DNA of 64,000 nucleotides from an uncultured Gemmatimonadales bacterium. Lineage in GTDB: Bacteria > ARS69. The stretch spans positions 14,079 through 78,078 of the forward strand of contig CAVRWY010000005.1 of assembly GCA_963725045.1 (NCBI GenBank). Direction: 5' to 3'. Shown here piece by piece: positions 1 to 10,989 of the stretch. The notes beneath the pieces were generated by a model. That model searched no databases, was not told the origin of the DNA, and saw only the letters and a list, made by a program, of their open reading frames with translations. Made by a program: the position numbers and the translations under genes. Numbering within the stretch: position 1 is the stretch's first letter; the number at the start of each line of letters is the position of its first letter.

Positions 1-1
1 G

Positions 2-1015
2 ATCTTTCCCTACGCGACGCTTCTGCAAGGACACGCCGCCGCAGCCGCATGGCTGGTGCTCGCGTTTCACGCCTGGTTCCCCGCGGACGGTGCGCCAAGC
101 GCGCGGCGCAGCGCGGCGGGAGGCGCCGCCGCAGCGTGCGCGATCGCGACCGAATACCTCGCCGGCCCGGCGGTCGCGATTCTCGCTCTGGGGGCGCTGG
201 CGGCGCCCGGCCGGCGTACGCATCGCGCGGGGGCCATGGCGGCGGGCGCGCTCCCCGGGCTCGCACTCCTGGGCGCGTATCACACTGCGGCGTTCGGCGG
301 CCCGTTCAAGCTCGGCTATCAGTTCGTGGCTCTTCCATTCTTCCAGCAAAAGATGTCGACCGGAATTCTCGGCGTGAACCTTCCCGATCCCAGGATCGCG
401 CTTCGCCTTCTCATCGAGCCCTATCGTGGACTCTTCCCTTCCAGTCCGATGCTCCTGCTCGCAGTGCCCGGACTCGTGCTGCTTCTGCAGCGGGCGGATC
501 GCCGCCGCGAAGCCATCGTCGCGCTCGGCGTGTTCATTTACTATTGGATGTTGCAATCGGGACATGCGACTTGGCACGGAGGCTGGGCCGTCGGCCCGCG
601 CCACATGATTCCCGCGATTCCATTCTTGGGATTGGGACTGATCGCGGCGCTTCCTTCGTGGCCGCGGGCGTGCACGCTGGCGGGAATTCTGTCGGTCGCG
701 CTCATGCTCGCGGTCACCGCGGTCGGACCGGAAGTTCCCGAAGACATCGCCAATCCCTATGCGGAGCACATTCTCCCGCACTTCTTCGACGGCGAGCTCT
801 CCGTCGGCGAGCAGGGCTTCGGCGAAATGCTCCCCGCCCGCGTGGACCCGGCGGTCCCCGATCGGTGGGATGCGTTCCTCGCGGGAGAAGCGATCGGCCT
901 TCGCGGGCTCTTCGCGCTCGTTCCGCTCATTCTGGTGTGGGCGGCGCTGTGGCCGTGGGCGATGCGATCGTGGTACACGTCCTCTTCCCCGGAGAGAACG
1001 GAACCCGCCCCGTGA
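2..1015 (+). CDS. hypothetical polytopic membrane protein, C-terminal part (gene begins upstream of window)
   Basis: Frame open from the window start. Several hydrophobic helices (LALLGAY, LLLAVPGLVLLL, ALPFF). Its TGA overlaps the priA ATG (gtgaccATG). Confidence 0.4.
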   Translation: MFPYATLLQGHAAAAAWLVLAFHAWFPADGAPSARRSAAGGAAAACAIATEYLAGPAVAILALGALAAPGRRTHRAGAMAAGALPGLALLGAYHTAAFGGPFKLGYQFVALPFFQQKMSTGILGVNLPDPRIALRLLIEPYRGLFPSSPMLLLAVPGLVLLLQRADRRREAIVALGVFIYYWMLQSGHATWHGGWAVGPRHMIPAIPFLGLGLIAALPSWPRACTLAGILSVALMLAVTAVGPEVPEDIANPYAEHILPHFFDGELSVGEQGFGEMLPARVDPAVPDRWDAFLAGEAIGLRGLFALVPLILVWAALWPWAMRSWYTSSSPERTEPAP

Positions 1016-1017
1016 CC

Positions 1018-3546
1018 ATGCTTCGAGCTCCCACCCGTGCGCCGTCCCCCGGCTCCACACGCGCCGCGGACGCGGGCCTGCTCGCCGACGTCGCGCTCCC
1101 ACTGCCGTTGCCGAAAACGTTCGCGTACGCCGTTCCGCCGTCGCTGCGCGCATCGATTCGACGAGGCGCACGCGTCGCCGTTTCGTTCGGATCGCGCTCG
1201 CTCGTGGGATTCGTGGTGGGCTTCGATCCCGACGACGCCCCCGAGCGCGTGAAGCCGATCCAGCGTCTTCTCGATCCCGAGCCGCTTCTCGACGAGGAAA
1301 TGCTCGATCTCGCGAAATGGATCGCCGAGCGCACGCTGTGCTCTTGGGGAGAGGCCATTCGCGCGCTCGTTCCCGGGCAGCCCGCGCCGCGCCGCGAGCG
1401 CGTGATCTCGCTCGCGCGCTCCGCACCCATCGATCTCTTCGCGGAGAACGCCGGCGGATCGCTCGAAGATCGCATCGTCGCCGCCGTCTCGGAAGCGTCG
1501 TCGATCTCGCTCACCGCACTCGCGAAATCGCTCGGGATGCGCGCGAAGGATTTGGAGCCCGCACTCCGTGCGCTGGCGCGCGCGAACCGGCTGCGCTGGA
1601 CGGAGGAATCGCTGGGAGGCGGGGCCAGCGCGCCGCCGCGCATCAAGATCGTGCGGCTCTCGGCGGGGATGGCGGCGGGCGACGAGGACCCCGCCCTCGC
1701 GCGCGCGCCGGTGCAGGCGCGCTGCATCGCCATTCTTCTCGAAGCGGGCGGTGCGCTTCCGCTGCGCGATCTCGCCGCGGCGCTGCCGGGCGCGCGGGCC
1801 GCGCTCAAGCGGCTCCAAGAAAAGGGCGCGATCCGCCTCGTTCTCGAGGAATGGGAAGGACAGACCCAGGAGCCGATGATCGCGATTCCCGAGATTCCGC
1901 TGAACGAGGCGCAGGCCGCCGCGGTCGAGCGGCTCCATGCGGCCCTCGCGGCCGCGAACGAGACGCCGCACGAGCAGTCGCCGGAACACGCACACGCGAA
2001 TCGCGCGCCGGTGTTCCTTCTCCACGGCGTCACCGGCAGCGGAAAGACGGAGGTCTATCTCCGCGCGATCCAAGAAGCGCTGCGCCACGGCAAGCAAACG
2101 ATCTTCCTCGTGCCGGAGATCACGCTCACCCCGCAGACCGTCTCGCGACTGCGCGGGCGCTTCGGAGGACGCGCCGCGGTTCTCCATTCGCGGCTCACCG
2201 ATGCGGAGCGTCGGCGCATCTGGCACGGTGCGAAGCGCGGCGACTACGACGTGGTGCTCGGCGCGCGCTCGGCGGTGTTCGCCCCACTCCCGCATCTCGG
2301 CCTCATCGTGATCGACGAGGAGCACGACGCCGCATACAAGCAGGAGGACGCGCCGCGCTACGTGGCCCGCGACGTCGCCGTCGAGCGCGCGCGACGCGCC
2401 GGCGCCGTCGTGCTCATGGGGTCGGCGACGCCCGACGTCGAGACGTACGCGCGCACCGAGTCCGGCGAGATCGAGCGGCTGCGGCTCCCCGAGCGGGTCG
2501 CGAATCTGCCCATGCCGCCGGTGCGGCTGGTCGACTTGCGCGGCACCACGAGCCCGTTCTCGCAGGAGCTCCTCGACGCGCTCGCCGAGCGTCTCGAGCG
2601 CCGCGAGCAGACGATCCTGTTCTTGAATCGCCGCGGTTTCAGTCCGTTCGTGCAGTGCATCGGATGCGGGATTCCCATTCGCTGCGATGCCTGCGCGGTG
2701 TCGCTCACGTATCACAAGGCGGACGCAGTCCTCCGCTGCCACTACTGCGACGCGTCGCGGAGCGTGCCGACGTCGTGCCCGTCGTGCCACGCGGGAAAGC
2801 TGGCGTTTCGCGGATCGGGGACGCAGCGCATCGAGGAGGAATTGCGCGGCCTCTTCCCGGCGATGCGCCTGGCGCGGCTGGACTCCGATTCCGTCCGGGT
2901 CCGCGGGACGCACGAACAGATCCTGGGGGACTTTCTCGAGGGGGAGATCGACGTCCTCCTGGGAACGCAGATGGTGGCGAAGGGGTTGGATTTTCCGCGC
3001 GTCACCCTGGTGGGGGTCTTGAACGCGGACACCGGACTGCATCTTCCCGACTATCGCGCCGCGGAGCGCACGTTCCAGCTCTTGGCGCAGGTCGCCGGAC
3101 GCGCGGGACGGAGCTCGCTCGGTGGCGAGGTGATCGTGCAGACGCGGACCCCTGAGCACCTGTGTTTCGCCGCGGCGTGCGCGCACGACGACGAGGCGTT
3201 TCGCCTCGCGGAAATGGAGCAGCGGAGGTCCATGCGCTATCCGCCGTTCGCGCGTCTGGGCGGAGTGCTGGTGCGCGGGGAGAGTCTCGGCCGCGTGGAA
3301 GAGACGGCAAACTGGGTCCGCGACCGAATCGCGGAGCGGATCGTGCATCTCCCGGAATGGGCGGTCGTGCTTGGGCCGGCCACGGCGCCGCTCGCGCAGC
3401 TGCGCGGCAAGCACCGCATGCGGCTCCTGGTGAAGGCCGCCCGGCGCGAGGATCTTCTCGAAGCGCTCGCCCCATTGCGAATGACTCCGCCGTCGAGCGG
3501 AGACGTCGAGGTCCTCGTCGACGTGGATCCAGCGAGCATGCTGTAG
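1018..3546 (+). CDS. priA: primosomal protein N' (PriA helicase)
   Basis: Walker A GVTGSGKT, DEAH-like IVIDEEHD, zinc-binding Cys cluster CIGCG...CDAC...CHYC...CPSC, helicase C-terminal motifs. ATG at 1018. Confidence 0.9.
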   Translation: MLRAPTRAPSPGSTRAADAGLLADVALPLPLPKTFAYAVPPSLRASIRRGARVAVSFGSRSLVGFVVGFDPDDAPERVKPIQRLLDPEPLLDEEMLDLAKWIAERTLCSWGEAIRALVPGQPAPRRERVISLARSAPIDLFAENAGGSLEDRIVAAVSEASSISLTALAKSLGMRAKDLEPALRALARANRLRWTEESLGGGASAPPRIKIVRLSAGMAAGDEDPALARAPVQARCIAILLEAGGALPLRDLAAALPGARAALKRLQEKGAIRLVLEEWEGQTQEPMIAIPEIPLNEAQAAAVERLHAALAAANETPHEQSPEHAHANRAPVFLLHGVTGSGKTEVYLRAIQEALRHGKQTIFLVPEITLTPQTVSRLRGRFGGRAAVLHSRLTDAERRRIWHGAKRGDYDVVLGARSAVFAPLPHLGLIVIDEEHDAAYKQEDAPRYVARDVAVERARRAGAVVLMGSATPDVETYARTESGEIERLRLPERVANLPMPPVRLVDLRGTTSPFSQELLDALAERLERREQTILFLNRRGFSPFVQCIGCGIPIRCDACAVSLTYHKADAVLRCHYCDASRSVPTSCPSCHAGKLAFRGSGTQRIEEELRGLFPAMRLARLDSDSVRVRGTHEQILGDFLEGEIDVLLGTQMVAKGLDFPRVTLVGVLNADTGLHLPDYRAAERTFQLLAQVAGRAGRSSLGGEVIVQTRTPEHLCFAAACAHDDEAFRLAEMEQRRSMRYPPFARLGGVLVRGESLGRVEETANWVRDRIAERIVHLPEWAVVLGPATAPLAQLRGKHRMRLLVKAARREDLLEALAPLRMTPPSSGDVEVLVDVDPASML

Positions 3547-3667
3547 CCCGGCTGGCGGGCTGCGAAAGTACGCAAGGGAACGCGAGGCGCGTTCCTCGTG
3601 CGGTGACGGGTGTGGTCGGCGGGCCACGAACCGTGGTCGATCGGACGCGGCGGAGGGGGTGGCTCCC

Positions 3668-3697
3668 TTGACGCTCGGTCCTAGGGGCGCCTACAGT
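3668..3697 (+). promoter_or_regulatory. candidate sigma70 promoter (TTGACG-18nt-TACAGT) upstream of the TPR gene
   Basis: Seen in sequence. RBS GGAGAAG lies before the ATG at 3784. Confidence 0.25.
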
Positions 3698-3783
3698 CGC
3701 CCAACTTTGGCAGAAACCTTGCTTTAACCCACTTCGGCGGGCCGGATCCTACCCAACCCAGGCCCGTTCCAGAGGAGAAGACG

Positions 3784-4914
3784 ATGCGTCGATTCGCGAT
3801 CGGACTGCTCACGGCCCTCCTGGGGATGACCCTCGGAGTGGGGGCCGCGGACGCCCAGGGCGCGGCGAATGCATGCTCGAACTGCAAGTACTACACGAAG
3901 GTCCTGCAGGACTTCCCGCAGGGCGTCCCGCATTGCGAGCAGTGCCTCAAGGAAGCGGGAGACAACCCCGAATCGCGTTTCCTCGCGGGCTGGTGCCTGG
4001 CGGAAGTGGGCCGATATAGCGACGCATGGGCGGCGTTTCAGCCGCTCGTCGAGCAGAAGGACAGCAAGGACAAGAACGTCAAGGAGAACGCGAGAAACGC
4101 GGAAGAGCGCATCAGCCAGTACTTCTCCACGCACTTCAACGACGGCGTGAAGCTGCTCGGCGAAGGCGACCAGAAGGGCGCACGCGCGGCGTTCGAAAAG
4201 GCCACCCAGATCGATCCTCGCCAGACGAAGGCCTGGGTGAATCTCGGCTACACCAGCAAGGAAACCGGAGATCTCCCGGGCGCGCTCACGGCATACGAAA
4301 AGGCTCTGGCCGCGAATCCGAACGAGCTGGTCACGAACCAGTACTACTCGATCGCCTTGATGACGAAGCTCGAATCCTTGAAGAAGGCGACGCCGCCCGA
4401 CACTGCGGCGATCGCAGCCACGTGCGACCAGGCGATGAAGGCGCTGAACGTCGTCGTGGCGGCGGACACGACGGCGGACGTGGCGATCGCGTACGCGCAG
4501 CTCGGCGGTCTGGAAATGGAGAAGGGCGATCGCGAGAACGGGATCGCGCACCTGAAGAAGGCCGCGGAGCTCGACCCGGCGAACGCCGCGACGCTGTACT
4601 ACATCGGCGAGGATCTCATCGACGCCAAGCAGTACGCAGCGGCCGCGGACGTGTTCCAGATGACCAGCGAGGTCGTGAAGGACACGTCGAGCGATCTCTG
4701 GAAGGGATCGATGTTCAACATGGCGCTGGCGAGCTACAACTCGGGCGACTATGCCAAGGCGATGGAGACGGTGGAGAAGCTCATCGCCGTGCATCCGACC
4801 GAGAAGAACTACTACGAGCTGCTGCAGCAAGCGGCCCTCAAGTCCGGCGACACGGCGAAAGCCACGGAGGCGGCCAAGAAGGTCGACGAGCTCGTGAAGG
4901 CCGGCGCGAAGTAA
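3784..4914 (+). CDS. secreted tetratricopeptide-repeat protein
   Basis: N-terminal signal peptide MRRFAIGLLTALLGMTLGVGAADAQG. Multiple TPR-like A/Y/L-rich repeats. Good SD. Confidence 0.65.
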   Translation: MRRFAIGLLTALLGMTLGVGAADAQGAANACSNCKYYTKVLQDFPQGVPHCEQCLKEAGDNPESRFLAGWCLAEVGRYSDAWAAFQPLVEQKDSKDKNVKENARNAEERISQYFSTHFNDGVKLLGEGDQKGARAAFEKATQIDPRQTKAWVNLGYTSKETGDLPGALTAYEKALAANPNELVTNQYYSIALMTKLESLKKATPPDTAAIAATCDQAMKALNVVVAADTTADVAIAYAQLGGLEMEKGDRENGIAHLKKAAELDPANAATLYYIGEDLIDAKQYAAAADVFQMTSEVVKDTSSDLWKGSMFNMALASYNSGDYAKAMETVEKLIAVHPTEKNYYELLQQAALKSGDTAKATEAAKKVDELVKAGAK

Positions 4915-4933
4915 TCGGCAGGGCACCCATGCG

Positions 4934-5932
4934 GTGGAGAGCGTGACCCGCATCCTCCACGACACGGACGCCGATCGATCGCTCCTGCAGGGAGCGACGG
5001 TCGGCGTCGTCGGTTTCGGGAACCAAGGCGCAGCCCAAGCGCGATGCCTGCGTGACGACGGACTCGACGTCGTCGTGTTTCTCCCGCCCCACTCCGCGTC
5101 CCGCGCCCCCGTCGCCGACGAAGGATTCGCCGTCGGGAACGGCGCCGATCTCGCGCGCTGCCGCGTGGTCGCGATCCTGGCACCGGACACCGCACACGGC
5201 GCAATCCTGGAAGAGCTGGTGGCGCCGCACGCCGCGCCCGGAACGCTCCTCGTCTTCGCCCACGGGTTCGCGCTCCGCGAAGGGGCGCGCGCGCGCGCGG
5301 ATCTGGACGTGGTCATCGTGGGCCCGCTCGGTCCCGGGGATCTGCTGCGCGCGCGGTACCTCGAGGGACGCGGGCTCGCCGGCCTTCTCGCGGTCGTGCA
5401 AGACGCCGCCGGTGCCGCGCGCGCGCGCGCCCTGTCGTACGCCTCGCGCCTACGCATGACGCGCGCGGGGGTCATGGAGACGACGCTCGAAGAGGAAGTC
5501 GTGAGCGACCTCTTCGCCGAGCAAGCCGTTCTCGTTGGCGGCGCGGTGGAGCTCATGCGCGCTGCGTGGGAGAACTTGGTGCAGGCGGGAATCTCTCCCG
5601 AGATCGCGTACTACTCCTGCGTCCACGAGTTGGAGCAGATCATGGGATTGATCTCCGCGCACGGCCCCGCCGGCATGCGCGCGAAGATCAGCCCCACCGC
5701 GCGCTACGGCGGACTGACACGCGGGCCGCGCATCATCGGGGACGCGGCGCGACGCGCGCTCCGCTCGATCCTGGAAGAGGTGCAGTCGGGGCAGTTCGCG
5801 CAAGAGTGGCGCCAGGAACGAACCCAGGGCGAGCCCACCCTCCGCGATCGCATGGCGCGGGAAGCGGCCCACCCCATGGAGGAGGCCGGGCGAAACGTGC
5901 GCCGGGGACTGGGCGGCGGCGCCGGAACGTAG
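4934..5932 (+). CDS. ilvC: ketol-acid reductoisomerase (class I)
   Basis: NADPH-binding GFGNQGAAQA and overall IlvC-like sequence. GTG start. Confidence 0.85.
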   Translation: MESVTRILHDTDADRSLLQGATVGVVGFGNQGAAQARCLRDDGLDVVVFLPPHSASRAPVADEGFAVGNGADLARCRVVAILAPDTAHGAILEELVAPHAAPGTLLVFAHGFALREGARARADLDVVIVGPLGPGDLLRARYLEGRGLAGLLAVVQDAAGAARARALSYASRLRMTRAGVMETTLEEEVVSDLFAEQAVLVGGAVELMRAAWENLVQAGISPEIAYYSCVHELEQIMGLISAHGPAGMRAKISPTARYGGLTRGPRIIGDAARRALRSILEEVQSGQFAQEWRQERTQGEPTLRDRMAREAAHPMEEAGRNVRRGLGGGAGT

Positions 5933-5940
5933 CCGCCCCG

Positions 5941-5969
5941 TTGACAGTCTTCAGGGGAATGCCTAGGAT
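5941..5969 (+). promoter_or_regulatory. candidate sigma70 promoter for rho (TTGACA-17nt-TAGGAT)
   Basis: Consensus -35 and spacing seen in sequence. Followed by the C-rich leader. Confidence 0.4.
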
Positions 5970-5974
5970 TTCCT

Positions 5975-6106
5975 GGTCGGACACCGGGAAGGCACTGACT
6001 TCCGCCGAACGCACCTCACGGAACAGCCTCCACCCGGCAACCTTTCTCCCTTTTACAAAGCAGAACTCCCATTCGTCCTACTTCTTCCCATCCGCGGGGC
6101 CGGGGC
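5975..6106 (+). promoter_or_regulatory. rho 5' leader, strongly C-rich and G-poor (rut-like)
   Basis: Stretch cctccacccggcaacctttctcccttttacaaagcagaactcccattcgtcctacttcttcccatcc has many C and few G, in a 70% GC genome. Confidence 0.45.
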
Positions 6107-7450
<1,344 letters not shown>

Positions 7451-7469
7451 ATTGGTCGGCCCGCGTGAA

Positions 7470-7498
7470 GGCGCGGAGCGACCAGCGGCGTCCGCGCC
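7470..7498 (+). terminator. hairpin after rho (GGCGCGGA-13nt-TCCGCGCC), no U-tract
   Basis: Seen in sequence. Weak. Confidence 0.25.
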
Positions 7499-7561
7499 GC
7501 AAAATCGCCCCCATCCTGGCCGGACGGACGCAAAGCGCCGTCTTAACCCGAGGAGATCGAC

Positions 7562-7789
7562 GTGAAGTCCGGAATCCATCCCGATTACAAGCAAGCGACC
7601 ATCCACTGCGTCTGCGGAAACTCCTGGCAGACGCGCACGACCGTCGGCGACATCCAGATCGACATCTGCTCGAACTGCCATCCGTACTACACGGGCAAGC
7701 AGAAGCTGATCGACACCGCCGGACGCGTCGAGCGCTTCCGCCGCCGTTACGCGAAGGGCGAAGCGGCTGCCGAGGGCGCGAAGTCGTAA
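7562..7789 (+). CDS. rpmE: 50S ribosomal protein L31
   Basis: MKSGIHPDYK...CVCG...CSNCHPYYTGKQK. GTG start with GAGGAG SD. Confidence 0.9.
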   Translation: MKSGIHPDYKQATIHCVCGNSWQTRTTVGDIQIDICSNCHPYYTGKQKLIDTAGRVERFRRRYAKGEAAAEGAKS

Positions 7790-7810
7790 CTCCTCCCGGA
7801 GAGTAATTCC

Positions 7811-8758
7811 TTGGCGAAGGCTCCGCAGGCTCTCGTCGGCGGCCAGGCCGTCATCGAGGGCGTGATGATGCGCGCGCCGCGCGGCGTGGCGACGGCCGTG
7901 CGCCGTCCCGACGGTACGATCGCGGTGCGCTACCAGGATCACGTCCCGCTCACGCGGCGATTCCCCGTCTTGGGAATCCCCATCGTGCGCGGCGGGGTCA
8001 CGCTGGTCGAGTCGCTCGTGCTGGGAACGAGCGCGCTCACTTACAGCGCCGAAGAAGCGTCGCGCGAGGAAGGCAAAGAAATCCTTCCGCCGAAGCCCCA
8101 CGAGAACGTGATCTGGGGATTCGTCGTGCTGCTCTCCTTCGCCCTGGGGTTCGGGACTCTTCTTCTACTTGCCGCTGGTGCTCACGGACCTCACCGGCGT
8201 GCAGCACGGCATCGCCTATAACCTGATCGACGGCGTCTTCCGGCTGGTCATCTTCTTCGCGTACATCTTTGCGATCACGCGCTGGGGTGAGATGAAGCGC
8301 GTGTTCCAGTATCACGGCGCGGAGCACATGACGATCTTCAACTACGAAGCGGAAGTTCCGATCTCGGTCGAGAACTCGCGCAATCGTCCGCGGCTGCATC
8401 CGCGCTGCGGGACGAGCTTCCTCTTCTTCGTGATGATCGTGTCGATCGTGGTGTTCAGCTTCCTCGGCAAGCCCGACACGCTCGGCGAGCGCCTCATCCG
8501 CATCGCGTTCGTGCCGTTCATCGGCGGGCTCTCGTACGAAGTGATCCGCTGGTCGGCGAAGATCGAAGGCTCGATCGTGGGAAGGGTCGCTGGCGGCGCC
8601 GGGCAAGGGGCTGCAATTGCTGACGACGTCCGCGCCGGACGACTACGCAGCTCGAGGTCGCGGTGGTGGCGCTGGAGACGGCGCTCGCCGGCGGCGTGCG
8701 CCCGGCCGCTGCGGCGGCGGAGGCGCCCATCGTGGTCCAGCGGGCAGCGGCGCGTTGA
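7811..8758 (+). CDS. DUF1385 (YqhQ-like) membrane protein, split by 3 single-base frameshifts
   Basis: Motifs AVIEGVMMR, YHGAEHMTI, HPRCGTSF and C-terminal LQLLTTSAPDD/QLEVAVVALE spread over frames 2, 0, 1, 2. Shifts near 8160, 8580 and 8645, each +1. Confidence 0.7.
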
Positions 8759-9818
8759 ACGCGCGCGCGCGCCAAGCCCTGGAGCGATTTCGCGAGCTGG
8801 ATGCGATGCTCGCGGATCCCGCGATCGGAACGAACGTCGCGAAACTGCGCGAGATCGGCAAGGAGCGTTCGGGCCTCGAGGATCTGGCGACCGCGGCGGC
8901 GGAGCTGGAGCGGCTCGAGAAGTCGATGCTCGGCGCGAAGGAGCTGGCGGCCGGAGCGGACGGCGAGCTGCGCGAGCTGGCGGAGGCGGAAGTCGCCGAG
9001 CTGACCGGCGCGATCGAGGCGCAGGAAGATTTGGTCCGCACTCTCTCCATCCCCAAGGACCCCGACGACTCTCGCGACGCCATCGTGGAAGTGCGCGCGG
9101 GCACGGGCGGCGACGAAGCCGCGCTCTTCGCGGCCGAGATGGTCCGCATGTATCTGCGCTTCGCCGATCGCAACGGCTGGAAGACGGAGATGCTCGAGCA
9201 GAACTCCACCGAGATCGGCGGCGTGAAGGAAGCGGTCTTCTCGCTCCAGGGAAACGGCGCGTACGGGACGATGCGCTACGAGTCGGGAGTGCACCGCGTG
9301 CAGCGCGTGCCGCAGACGGAATCGGGCGGGCGCATTCACACGCAGCGCGGTGACGGTCGCGGTGCTGCCCGAAGCGGAAGAAGTCGACGTGCAGATCAAT
9401 CCCGGCGGATCTGCGCATCGACGTCTATCGCAGCCAGGGCCCCGGCGGACAGAGCGTGAATACGACGGATTCCGCGGTGCGCATCACGCACATTCCGACG
9501 GGACTCGTGGTCGCGATCCAGGACGAGAAGAGCCAGCACAAGAACAAGGCGAAGGCGCTGCGCGTGCTGCGCTCGAGATTATTGGAAGCGGAGCGGCAGG
9601 CGGCCGCGGACACCCGGGCCGAAGCGCGGCGCAGCCAGATCGGGAGCGGCGACCGCAGCGAGAAGATCCGCACGTACAACTTTCCGCAGAATCGCGTGAC
9701 CGATCACCGAATCGGACTGTCGGTGCACAACATCGACGGCGTCCTCGAAGGCGACCTCGGCGAGATCATTGAGAAGCTGCGGGACGAAGTGCGCAAGGAG
9801 ATGCTCGCGGGAGGATAA
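8755..9818 (+). CDS. prfA: peptide chain release factor 1, with two +1 frameshifts
   Basis: RF1 motifs PQT, GRIHTSAATVAVLPE (split) and GGQ in [24 protein letters not shown]. Frames 1, 2, 0 with shifts near 9345 and 9410. The TTG start overlaps the DUF1385 TGA. Confidence 0.85.
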
Positions 9819-9864
9819 GGTCCTCCTCGGCATTCGCAGCCCTGCGGATCAGCTCGACATCGGC

Positions 9865-9995
9865 CATTGCTAGCTGGACGCACGCCTGCAGCCTATTTCC
9901 GAGAAGCGGCCCTCTCCCGAACCGCGGCGCTTTCGAATCTCGCTACTTGCGCCAGTTGCCGGAACTCGACGCCTCACGCTACCCTGCATTGCTAG
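9865..9995. repeat. two copies of CATTGCTAG (9865-9873 and 9987-9995) in the intergenic region after prfA
   Basis: Seen in sequence. Short direct repeat, could be chance. Confidence 0.2.
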
Positions 9996-10045
9996 ACTGC
10001 GAGGCCCGCGAAGGCGATTCGCCATGAGGGTCTGTCGAAGACTGG

Positions 10046-10675
10046 TTGGACGGAGGGAGTCAGATGCTACGGACAATTCTCGTTGTGAGCATGGTTTTGA
10101 TCGCGCGTCCCGCGCTGTGTCAATCGTGCATTCCTCCTCCGCAGTACGCGGCGAGCCTTAGCGCGAGTCCAGAGGATCCAGGGGTCGGGCATGTGGCATC
10201 CGTTCCGGAGGAGTTCTCGGTCTACCTTTGGATGACATGCGGAATTGGCGAAGGACTTCAAGGCGCGAACATACTCGAGGCGATCATCGAAACGGACTAT
10301 GCCGTGATCGCGTTCGAACCAATGAACGGATGGCTGAACGGTGGTGATTTTCAGACTCTGCTCATGGTTCGTGCGGGATGCCAACTCCCGCCGGCCCTAG
10401 TGGGCCGGTTGACACTTGGGAATCCGAATGGACTTTCAAGCGGTGAAGTGTGCCTTCGATCCGGTCCGGATTTCCCTGCTCCGCCCCCGTCATTTTGGGT
10501 CGCAGACTGCTGTGACTGGTGGCAGTTTCCGACGGGTGATTTGGCTGGGGTCAGCGGTTTCGCCGTGGGAAATGCAATACCATGCTTTGACGACCTTGGA
10601 TGCACCGGTCCGACGGCAGTGGATCCCGAGACTTGGGGACGTCTGAAGGCGCGGTATCGGCTTCCGTCCAACTAG
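10046..10675 (+). CDS. secreted Cys-rich hypothetical protein
   Basis: Signal peptide MLRTILVVSMVLIARPALC. Cys pairs (CC, CQSC). Lower-GC patch (about 58%). No family recognised. Confidence 0.45.
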   Translation: MDGGSQMLRTILVVSMVLIARPALCQSCIPPPQYAASLSASPEDPGVGHVASVPEEFSVYLWMTCGIGEGLQGANILEAIIETDYAVIAFEPMNGWLNGGDFQTLLMVRAGCQLPPALVGRLTLGNPNGLSSGEVCLRSGPDFPAPPPSFWVADCCDWWQFPTGDLAGVSGFAVGNAIPCFDDLGCTGPTAVDPETWGRLKARYRLPSN

Positions 10676-10733
10676 CGTTTGCAACGGACGGTCGCCGAGT
10701 GGGAGGCTAGCCTTCGTTGATCGGGCGGGCGGG

Positions 10734-10763
10734 CGCGCTTCGCAATGTATCGCGCGTCGCGCA
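10734..10763. repeat. 30-nt repeat copy A (GCGCTTCGCAATGTATCGCGCGTCGCGCAT) with palindromic GCGCGTCGCGC core
   Basis: Second copy (26/30 identical) at 13150-13179. Direct orientation. Confidence 0.4.
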
Positions 10764-10989
10764 TTCATTGTCGCCCGCCGCTGAACCGCATGGCGTTGGG
10801 CGGACCGAAGCACCATCGAATTTCACGGCGCCGCCGGGTGGCCCCGGCCTGCGTGTGAACCGGGCCGGCCGGGGCAAACGGCGCCGCGCGGTCAGCCGTG
10901 AGGAGCGATCGCCCACTCGCTGGTGGTTTGCCACGAGGGATCGAGGTCGGGACGAATGACCCAGGCGGCCGACCGCCAGATCGACGACT

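Noticed and set aside
757-3627. 956-aa ORF on the minus strand antisense to priA
   Set aside because: Arg/Ala/Pro-rich low-complexity translation typical of spurious antisense ORFs in high-GC DNA. priA on the + strand has clear motifs.
8755-9460. prfA frameshifts as a programmed +1 recoding site like prfB
   Set aside because: The gene is RF1 (PxT and GRIHTSAATVAV motifs), not RF2. No in-frame UGA/Shine-Dalgarno-like recoding cassette is present, and there are two separate shifts plus three more in the upstream gene. Technical indels are more parsimonious.
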